Part shown: piece by piece, positions 36,259 through 43,125 of the stretch
Numbering within the stretch: the stretch's first letter is position 1
How the letters are laid out: each line of letters starts with the position of its first letter
DNA from: a virus
Taxonomy: Duplodnaviria > Caudoviricetes
Reading direction: 5' to 3' (one strand)
DNA: 58,586 nt
IMG/VR virus record: IMGVR_UViG_3300049917_000087
Location: 1 to 58,586 of that record
Position numbers and translations under genes: made by a program
The notes under the pieces: model-generated
The model's database searches: none
Told to the model about the DNA's origin: nothing
Seen by the model: only the letters and a program-made list of their open reading frames with translations

Positions 36259-36722
36259 AGCCTCTTTGCGTCTACTGCGACAGCGATACGCATGGCGGAA
36301 CGCAGTGCCCGAACTGGAAGCCTTCTGACGGCTATTTGACGGCCTTTGAGGCGGACCCTGTAGGCAAGTTTGCTGGACATTCGGCAAGCTGTCTTGACCA
36401 GCTTCGACAAGTAATGAAAAAGGTTGACGCGTTCGGCGATGCTGTCAAGCAAGGCGGTATTTTCGGACGTGAACGAACACGTGACGAACTAAACGGAGCT
36501 ATCACAACTTTGATACTGTCTCTGCAAAACGCTTCCGCGCAAGACGTTCAACAAGCTACCATGTTCCGTTGGCTTCGTGACAAGGCGCATATTCAGGACA
36601 GCGACGGGGGCTATACTAAAACATACGTGCTGCCCAGTATTCAAAAAGAAGGCGGCACGTTTGCGAAACATTTTCACTGGACTACTTTTGAAGCTGCAGT
36701 TAAAGCGGCAATGGCGAAATAA
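36255..36722 (+). CDS. Protein with N-terminal CCHC zinc knuckle
   Basis: GTG 36255 overlaps upstream stop; CVYCDSDTHGGTQC = C-x2-C-x4-H-x4-C. Confidence 0.7.
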   Translation: MKPLCVYCDSDTHGGTQCPNWKPSDGYLTAFEADPVGKFAGHSASCLDQLRQVMKKVDAFGDAVKQGGIFGRERTRDELNGAITTLILSLQNASAQDVQQATMFRWLRDKAHIQDSDGGYTKTYVLPSIQKEGGTFAKHFHWTTFEAAVKAAMAK

Positions 36723-37120
36723 TGGAAGCACGTCAATTATCTCGCACTATTTGGAGCCTTCCTTTCGAGCTTGTGCTGTGCGCATCGACACAGAGCTATT
36801 TTCGCGTTTGTGACGATATCTCGTTGCCGAAGAAGTACAGAACTGCTTTTCCTGCAATCGACGGTGAGGCGTTCACCGTCCGCGAGCATAATCGCGCATA
36901 CGTCGATTGCATGGATACGGTGCTTGTGGTCATCCGTCCGTGCGAGGATCACGCCAAAATTCGTTCACATCTTGTGCACGAAGCTGTGCACGTTTGGCAG
37001 TATCATGCGGACTTGCTAGGTGAAGATAAGCCCGGTGCCGAGTCCATGGCTTACGGTATACAGAACATTTACGGGCAGTTGATAGGTGAGTACGGACGAC
37101 AATTAAAAATATCAATCTGA
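36722..37120 (+). CDS. HExxH-motif protein (zincin-like)
   Basis: LVHEAVH...E.MAY. Confidence 0.7.
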   Translation: MEARQLSRTIWSLPFELVLCASTQSYFRVCDDISLPKKYRTAFPAIDGEAFTVREHNRAYVDCMDTVLVVIRPCEDHAKIRSHLVHEAVHVWQYHADLLGEDKPGAESMAYGIQNIYGQLIGEYGRQLKISI

Positions 37121-37144
37121 AGCGCTACGCGCATAGGAGAAAAC

Positions 37145-37237
37145 ATGTTCCTGTTTCCGTTTTTCCTTGCTATGCTTCCTTTCATGCTTGTGATGCCGAT
37201 TCCGGCGAAACGCGATAAGACTTCGAAGCCTGAATAA
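37145..37237 (+). CDS. 30-aa hydrophobic micro-protein (absent from ORF track)
   Basis: AGGAG RBS; MFLFPFFLAMLPFMLVMPIPAKRDKTSKPE. Confidence 0.7.
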   Translation: MFLFPFFLAMLPFMLVMPIPAKRDKTSKPE

Positions 37238-37269
37238 ACCAAATCAATCGAAAACGTATGCGACGAAAT

Positions 37270-37715
37270 ATACTACGCGGATTGGCGCTTGCAGTCGCAG
37301 GCTTGTTTGCTTGCCCTAATCCGGTAGTCGCCCCCTGTCCCGCCGACTTTTCGCGACTGGCTGCCTTTCTTCGCAGCGGTGCGCGGGTCACTACGCGGGA
37401 CCGGGATCTTTGCAGCGATCTGGCGGCCCCCACACGCGCGGCCTGCACGTCGCTGCCTTTGCTCTGCGCCCAATCGCCCGGCGCTGTTCGTCACGGGAAC
37501 GTGAGAAAGTGCGTATGGCGATCCGCCACGGGCATTGCCCGAGAAAAGCCCCGGGCTATCTTGCCTGTGATGAGTCGCGCGGTGCGCTACATCAACCGTG
37601 GCCCTGTAGGGCGCTTTCACGGAGGCGTGAGAAAGATGACATGGCGATCCTGTACGCCAATCGGCACATGCCCATAGCCGCGGGCTGCCCAGTGTAGAGA
37701 CTTTCGCACTGGGAT
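37270..37715 (+). ncRNA. Candidate structured RNA with duplicated motif
   Basis: Several stems visible by eye; TCACG-N4-CGTGAGAAAG-N5-ATGGCGATCC occurs twice; overlapping 139-aa ORF lacks an RBS. Confidence 0.35.
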
Positions 37716-37731
37716 AACGATGCGATGCACG

Positions 37732-37762
37732 GAGCCCACCTAAGACGTGGGCTCTTTGCTTT
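37732..37762 (+). terminator. Rho-independent terminator
   Basis: GAGCCCAC-N7-GTGGGCTC then TTTGCTTT. Confidence 0.75.
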
Positions 37763-37788
37763 GTCTCGCTGTTTCGTGCAAATATCAC

Positions 37789-37835
37789 TTGACGCAAAGA
37801 TAACGCGCGCTATAGTTGAGTCATCGCAACAGGAG
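37789..37835 (+). promoter_or_regulatory. Early-type promoter-leader element
   Basis: TTGACG-N16-TATAGT...CATCGCAACAGGAG. Confidence 0.8.
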
Positions 37836-37843
37836 CACATCAC

Positions 37844-38080
37844 ATGGCCGAAGAGTACGTTCTTTCAACTAAAGAGCACGTCATTCAAGCAGTAGCGGAA
37901 CTCAAGCAATGGGCTATCCGTGTCGAGACTCCTTCTTATCATTCGGGGCGCGGCAGGTATGTTATCATTGCAAATCGCTGCATTGACGACGCCTATCTTT
38001 TTTCGAATATCGAAGTGCAGTTCTCTATTAAGCGTTGCTACGAAGCTCGTGAATATTTGATGAAGGCAGAAGGCAAATGA
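37844..38080 (+). CDS. Hypothetical protein
   Basis: AGGAG RBS. Confidence 0.7.
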   Translation: MAEEYVLSTKEHVIQAVAELKQWAIRVETPSYHSGRGRYVIIANRCIDDAYLFSNIEVQFSIKRCYEAREYLMKAEGK

Positions 38081-38607
38081 GCCCTATTGCCGAAGCTGTT
38101 GAACCTCTGCGTGCGTCAGCTATTCAGCATGCCGCAGAATATGCGCGTACATTTGTTGATCGCGTATTGGCTAATCTTGAGTCCCATAAATGGGACCTGA
38201 ATTCGGCCTACCCGCAACCGAACATTTCAATGGGCGCTATTCGTTACGCGTTCGCAAACATGCAGCGTGCCACGGCTTCGAAGCTGGTGACGTGGCGCAG
38301 TTCGTCTATTCGCCACGGGCAGCCGTGCTTCGTTGATCCGTGCCAAAAAGGATGCGAAAAGTTTATTCAAGATGCGCGCGAAAACGCCGATGCGACGTAT
38401 ACGCTTTTTATCGAAAAGCTGGAATCGAAAGTCGGTGAACATGTGCGCGCGACACTTGAAGGTAATCACGTGTGGGGGCACAGCGTCTTGACAGTTTTGA
38501 CACCTGACGGTGAACAGAAGTGGAAAACGCAGCAAATAATCAACGTCAGTAAACTCGGTAAAGTGTTCAACCAGTGGCCTACGCGGCTTATGAAAGGTAA
38601 CAAATGA
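38077..38607 (+). CDS. Conserved-looking phage hypothetical protein
   Basis: TQQIINVSKLGKVFNQWPTR C-terminus. Confidence 0.75.
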   Translation: MSPIAEAVEPLRASAIQHAAEYARTFVDRVLANLESHKWDLNSAYPQPNISMGAIRYAFANMQRATASKLVTWRSSSIRHGQPCFVDPCQKGCEKFIQDARENADATYTLFIEKLESKVGEHVRATLEGNHVWGHSVLTVLTPDGEQKWKTQQIINVSKLGKVFNQWPTRLMKGNK

Positions 38608-38819
38608 TTCGTGCAAAGCAATCCTCGCCTGTGCAACAGGGTTTCGCCGACTATCGCGCAGGCGTCGAGTGCCCGTTTCCGGAAGGCAGCTACGATGCGC
38701 AGGAATGGGAAATTGGATGGATGCAGGCACGCATGAATAATGGGCCGGCGCAACAAGCTGTTACCATTGGCGGAACGGCGCTTGAAGGCGCCACGAAGGA
38801 GTGCGACATTGAAATCTAG
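38604..38819 (+). CDS. Ribosome modulation factor (Rmf/CrpP)-fold-like protein
   Basis: GF..Y..G..CPF......EW..GW resembles Rmf GY.AG..G....CPY......W..GW. Confidence 0.55.
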   Translation: MIRAKQSSPVQQGFADYRAGVECPFPEGSYDAQEWEIGWMQARMNNGPAQQAVTIGGTALEGATKECDIEI

Positions 38820-39114
38820 CCCTGACGCGTGGGAGTCTGCTGGCGAAGTGGCTGCACTCGCCATCAACAAAATCAAAGAGAAGTCGCGCACTGGCAATAA
38901 TCGGCAATTGGCGCTTAAGGTGGCAGAAGCGCTAATCTTTGGCGATTGGGTTGTTTATACGGGTGTCGGTGTTGCGCCCACTGTCGAGTTTCGCGTAGAC
39001 ATTCTCTTTCGCAACGGCAGAATTGCGCAAGGTGTGACGGCGCGTTACGAAGATTGGACGCAACGCGGATGGGCTACTGATATCGTCGGCTACAGACCAG
39101 CAGCGCATAGCTAA
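38809..39114 (+). CDS. Hypothetical protein
   Basis: AAGGAG RBS before TTG 38809; DIVGYR C-terminal motif. Confidence 0.6.
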   Translation: MKSSPDAWESAGEVAALAINKIKEKSRTGNNRQLALKVAEALIFGDWVVYTGVGVAPTVEFRVDILFRNGRIAQGVTARYEDWTQRGWATDIVGYRPAAHS

Positions 39115-39131
39115 ATTCGTGATTAGTTCTC

Positions 39132-39184
39132 TTGTATTTGCGATGCAGCTAAGCTAAAGTCTCTACATCGCAACACAACCGGAG
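39132..39184 (+). promoter_or_regulatory. Early-type promoter-leader element with inverted motif copy
   Basis: TTGTAT-N17-TAAAGT-CTCTACATCGCAA...GGAG; TTGCGATGCAG in the spacer. Confidence 0.8.
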
Positions 39185-39190
39185 AACATC

Positions 39191-39292
39191 ATGCAAGTCA
39201 CCGATCTGACAAACGAAGTTGAAATTATCGAACTGTTCGAAGGCTTCGAAGTCATTGACTTGACTGATGACGTTGAAATCATAATTCTGTGA
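39191..39292 (+). CDS. 33-aa acidic micro-protein with internal repeat (absent from ORF track)
   Basis: GGAG RBS; MQVTDLTNEVEIIELFEGFEVIDLTDDVEIIIL. Confidence 0.75.
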   Translation: MQVTDLTNEVEIIELFEGFEVIDLTDDVEIIIL

Positions 39293-39303
39293 AGGGACGA
39301 ACA

Positions 39304-39408
39304 ATGAAAGACATTCGAAACACGTACCGCAAAGCCGGCTTTGATTGGCGGTTGCGCGGCTGGAAACGTAAACTTTTGCGCGACTTGCGTAAGCTGCTAG
39401 CCGCGTAA
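39304..39408 (+). CDS. 34-aa basic micro-protein (absent from ORF track)
   Basis: AAGGGA RBS; MKDIRNTYRKAGFDWRLRGWKRKLLRDLRKLLAA. Confidence 0.7.
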   Translation: MKDIRNTYRKAGFDWRLRGWKRKLLRDLRKLLAA

Positions 39409-39432
39409 TTTCAACCAACCTAGGAAAGCAAC

Positions 39433-39810
39433 ATGTCATTTTTTACCTGTGCCTTCACATCTTCCGCGCCCACGAACTTTCTTATCTACGCGGTATTCGC
39501 CTGCATGCTGGGCATCGTCTTCGGCGCTGCCTGTTTGGTGGACCGGCTGCTAGCCGGCAAGTTGATTCCGCGTGATCGAACCGTAACGATGTGGCTTGTT
39601 GCGTGGGGCATCGCCTGCGGGGCATCTGGACTGTGGCTGCAGGTAGCTGCAGCTACCGGCGTGCTGTCGGGTAATACGTGCATGCCGCGCCCGTTCGTCG
39701 CGTTGTGGCTCACGTTGTTCACCGTCGTAACTGTCGTTGCTGCTGTGGCCTGCCGCCATGTGCTGCGGACGCGCGGACAGCGCAAGATGCGCGAAGCAAT
39801 GGGCTGCTAA
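39433..39810 (+). CDS. Membrane protein, about three TM segments
   Basis: AGGA RBS; three hydrophobic stretches. Confidence 0.7.
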   Translation: MSFFTCAFTSSAPTNFLIYAVFACMLGIVFGAACLVDRLLAGKLIPRDRTVTMWLVAWGIACGASGLWLQVAAATGVLSGNTCMPRPFVALWLTLFTVVTVVAAVACRHVLRTRGQRKMREAMGC

Positions 39811-40017
39811 ACGTGGACGCGCTTGCACCTCGGATAGTCGATGCAAGCGCGTCCGCCTGCGTGTGGTCAGACGGTGTAACACGTACGCAGGCGGAAAGTG
39901 TGGCGTTTGCAACAGCGCTGCACTTACAAGAAGACACGCGGGTAAAACTGGTGTACTCTTGTAAGTGTTGTCAAGATTTTAATAGCGAGCCGTCCGACTC
40001 GTTTACAGGAGAAAGCA

Positions 40018-40425
40018 TTGTTTGATAGCTCGCTTGTTCAGGATATTCCGGTTCCGTTTGCCGAAGAACTTTGCGGCGAACGGCTTTTGTGCATGCTTGT
40101 CGAAAGTGAAAAAATGACGCAACCTGTTGCAGAAAAATTCCCGCATTACTACAAATCTGTCAAGGGTCTTGACCACGTTGACGTATATCGGGTGCTGTCG
40201 CTGTTCAACGTTACCGATCCGTGTTTGCAGCATGCGCTGAAAAAGCTGCTTGTTGCCGGTGGACGTACAGCGGGCAAAGATATCCGTCAGGACGTGCAAG
40301 AGGCGATGGATAGCCTTGTGCGTTGGCAGGCGATGCGTGCCGAAGATGTTGCACGTATCCCTGTGCAACCACAAGCTGTGCCATCGATGCCGTTGCCGTT
40401 GCCGTCCGCGTGGCCGAAGGCATGA
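40018..40425 (+). CDS. Phage protein, DUF3310/gp1.7-like
   Basis: HYYK...DVY.VL..F.VT.P..QHA.KKLL..G.R..KD..QD..EA; family assignment tentative. Confidence 0.65.
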   Translation: MFDSSLVQDIPVPFAEELCGERLLCMLVESEKMTQPVAEKFPHYYKSVKGLDHVDVYRVLSLFNVTDPCLQHALKKLLVAGGRTAGKDIRQDVQEAMDSLVRWQAMRAEDVARIPVQPQAVPSMPLPLPSAWPKA

Positions 40426-40769
40426 ACATCGCATTAGATTACGATGGAACGTTTACCGCGCGGCCCACGCAGTGGTTGGCGTTCATCGAACTTATGCGCA
40501 GTGTCGGCGATACCGTATACATTGTCACGATGCGCTACGAAAGCGAATGCAACGGACTAAGGGGAAGTGTCGATTCTCGTTTGCGTGAGAGGCTTGTGCC
40601 GTTTATCTGTACAGCGCGCGCAGCCAAGAAGCCATTTTGCGAAAAGTTGGGCATCCCTATTGATATTTGGATTGACGATCATCCGGAAGCCGTGCATAAC
40701 GATGCAAGCACGATTTGGGAGAATGTTTCGGTAGAGGGTTCGACCGTTACGCCCAATCGCGGAAACTAA
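40422..40769 (+). CDS. HAD-like phosphatase
   Basis: DYDGT, VT.R, K, IWIDD.P. Confidence 0.8.
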   Translation: MNIALDYDGTFTARPTQWLAFIELMRSVGDTVYIVTMRYESECNGLRGSVDSRLRERLVPFICTARAAKKPFCEKLGIPIDIWIDDHPEAVHNDASTIWENVSVEGSTVTPNRGN

Positions 40770-40777
40770 CTACCGTC

Positions 40778-41119
40778 GTGTCAAGCAACGTATTTAGCTT
40801 TCCGACTAAGCGAGTGGATGCCACCATGAGCGGCGAGGCTGTGTGTCTCGCCTGCTTCCATCACTGGCAGGCTGTTGTGCCTATCGGCACGCCTGTTCAC
40901 GATCCCGATCCGGATGCACGTTGTACGCTTGAATGTCCTGCATGCAGTGCACATAAGGGCGTGATGCTTCGATTTGTTCAATATACGGATATTCCATCAT
41001 GGCACTGTGAAAAGTGCAATGGATTCCTGTTTTCGGCTATTTTAGTGAAAGCCGTTCCTACACTGGCTTGCGCTAGTTGTGGGCATTTTCTAAACGCAAT
41101 CGATTTATTTAATAAATGA
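40778..41119 (+). CDS. Double Zn-ribbon protein
   Basis: Four CxxC pairs; start inferred. Confidence 0.7.
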   Translation: MSSNVFSFPTKRVDATMSGEAVCLACFHHWQAVVPIGTPVHDPDPDARCTLECPACSAHKGVMLRFVQYTDIPSWHCEKCNGFLFSAILVKAVPTLACASCGHFLNAIDLFNK

Positions 41120-41550
41120 AACCTTCTTTTGATATAGAAGCGCATTGCGACAATTTAGCTAAATCAGGTACTGAGCACGCGCACCAGCGCGCATTTTTTC
41201 AATACCTTAATTTTTTGAATAATACGAATCCAGAGTATAAATCCGAACTTGTTTTCGCTATTCCAAATGGCGGTAAACGCGATCCGATAACCGCTGCAAG
41301 GCTAAAGGCGGAGGGTGTAAAAGCTGGCGTGCCGGATATAATGAATCCTGTGCCGAACGGTTACTATGTCGGGCTGTTTATAGAAATGAAGAAGCCTGAA
41401 AAAGGTTCTGTATCACCAGCGCAAACAGAATATCATGAGAATCTGCGTGTTCTTGGCTACGCTGTCGCTGTATGTTATGGTTGGCGTGCTGCGCGACAAT
41501 GCTATATGTCCTATATCCTAGGTAACACGTGCGACACGCTGTATCAATGA
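41116..41550 (+). CDS. VRR-NUC nuclease
   Basis: FAIPNGGKR...EGVKAGVPD...IEMK...S..Q. Confidence 0.9.
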   Translation: MKPSFDIEAHCDNLAKSGTEHAHQRAFFQYLNFLNNTNPEYKSELVFAIPNGGKRDPITAARLKAEGVKAGVPDIMNPVPNGYYVGLFIEMKKPEKGSVSPAQTEYHENLRVLGYAVAVCYGWRAARQCYMSYILGNTCDTLYQ

Positions 41551-41640
41551 CCGTTCGTCGGTAGTTACATTTCGGCGCTTGGCTTAGCCCATAGGCGCGG
41601 GCTATAGTCCGGGATCGGCAGTGCCGCAAGTAGGTGACCT

Positions 41641-42021
41641 ATGTCCGACCCAACAGCGCCCCTCCTTTCGAGCGTGGAAGCGCGTTTGATCGCAGCCCAG
41701 CTAGGGCACCTCACAGACGAGACTCGGCGCAACGCTGACGGCATAGCAGCCATTGGCGAAAGCCTGCACGTCCTTACACGACTCGAAGAAAATCAATCGC
41801 ACATCGCGGAAAAACTCAAAGAAGGTTCCATGCGCATGAGTGACCACGAGAGGCGTTTGCAGATCGTGGAACAGGACTTACCTGGGCTGCGCGAACTTCG
41901 TAAATGGGTTATAGCCGGCGTGCTTGCAGGTTTGGGTATGGTGGGCGCAAGTTTATTTAAGCTCGTTGTCCTGGACGTTCCGAGGTTGCCCGTTAGTACG
42001 CAGTATACGCCAAAGCCGTGA
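41641..42021 (+). CDS. Coiled-coil protein with C-terminal TM segment (possible holin/antiholin)
   Basis: AGGT RBS; WVIAGVLAGLGMVGASLF; precedes spanins. Confidence 0.6.
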   Translation: MSDPTAPLLSSVEARLIAAQLGHLTDETRRNADGIAAIGESLHVLTRLEENQSHIAEKLKEGSMRMSDHERRLQIVEQDLPGLRELRKWVIAGVLAGLGMVGASLFKLVVLDVPRLPVSTQYTPKP

Positions 42022-42380
42022 CTGACGCTATCGTTACCTTATGTTTATCTGCTGGTATTGTAGCATTGGCGTTCTTTGCAGGGAAGTCGCACGAGTCGGC
42101 AGCGATTGAAGCAGAGAAGGTGCAGATTCGTGCAGAAGTGCAAGCGGCCCGGGACGAAGCAGCGCGCGAAGGTGCGACACAGACTGCAAAGCTCGTTGCT
42201 GACTTGCAGCGCTTGAAGGTGCAAAACAATGCAAACAGGTCTGCGCTTCAACGCGCCTTGCGCACGAAAATTGAATGCCCGCAGTCGGGCGAAGTCGGTG
42301 ATGTGCTTGTGCCTGCTGACGTTGTGCGCAGGATGTTCGCACCTTCCGGCCCCTCTACCGAGGATCCAGGCGCCGACTGA
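42018..42380 (+). CDS. i-spanin (Rz-like)
   Basis: N-terminal TM segment, coiled coil, overlapped by a +1-frame lipoprotein. Confidence 0.75.
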   Translation: MTDAIVTLCLSAGIVALAFFAGKSHESAAIEAEKVQIRAEVQAARDEAAREGATQTAKLVADLQRLKVQNNANRSALQRALRTKIECPQSGEVGDVLVPADVVRRMFAPSGPSTEDPGAD

Positions 42381-42537
42381 CCTACTGCAAGCCTGTGACC
42401 CAGGGCCTACGCCTCCGCAGGGCGCAGCCTCGGTCGCTGCGCTAGCCGATGTGGTCAATGCGCGCGAAGCCGCTTTTGCAGCTTGCAGAATTCGGCAACA
42501 GCGCTTGATTAATTGGGTCCGCAGAGTAACGGACTGA
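42271..42537 (+). CDS. o-spanin (Rz1-like lipoprotein)
   Basis: Lipobox LCAG-C, Pro-rich, P..LL..C...C...L..W; start 42271 (TTG) or 42301. Confidence 0.75.
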   Translation: MNARSRAKSVMCLCLLTLCAGCSHLPAPLPRIQAPTDLLQACDPGPTPPQGAASVAALADVVNAREAAFAACRIRQQRLINWVRRVTD

Positions 42538-42606
42538 TTTCATTTGCCTTTACCGGGCGCGAAGCTATATACTCGCGCGGTGCAATGCTGCACGTACTAG
42601 CAGGTA

Positions 42607-43125
42607 ATGGGCATGGTCCCGCAAGACACATCGGGCGATTCGTGGACATGGGCCGCGATGGAACCGGAACCCACGGAACACGAGCGCGCGTTATACGACA
42701 TATTCTGTGAAGAATATTTAGTAGACCTTGACGCTACGCGCGCCGCTTCGCGTTGCGGTTTTCAAGCCGGTTTTGCACGTGACTATGGACAAATGCTTTT
42801 TACGAAAAGCTACGTCCAGAAAAAAATAGCCGCTCTGCAGCGCGCTAAATTAGATGAAAAAGATGAACGCGCTTTCGACGCTATAAATATTCGTGCACGC
42901 CTCAGAGCCATTATAAACGATGATAGGCAGAAGGCAAGTGCGCGTGTAGCTGCAGCACGTGAACTAAATACGATGCATGGCCTGCATAATCAAGAAAAAC
43001 AATCAAGCGATGTAGGCCAAAGAGGCGGAATCGTACTGCTTCCAAGTATAGCTAATCTCACAGAATGGGAAGCGGCAGCGACAGCTAGCCAATCGGCATT
43101 GGCGGAAGAAAGCCGCGTACAGTGA
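42607..43125 (+). CDS. terS: Terminase small subunit
   Basis: F.EEYLVDLDATRAA.R.G HTH pattern. Confidence 0.88.
   Translation: MGMVPQDTSGDSWTWAAMEPEPTEHERALYDIFCEEYLVDLDATRAASRCGFQAGFARDYGQMLFTKSYVQKKIAALQRAKLDEKDERAFDAINIRARLRAIINDDRQKASARVAAARELNTMHGLHNQEKQSSDVGQRGGIVLLPSIANLTEWEAAATASQSALAEESRVQ

Noticed and set aside
37258-37677. 139-aa ORF as a confident protein
   Set aside because: No RBS and shadow-like composition; kept only as the alternative to the RNA hypothesis
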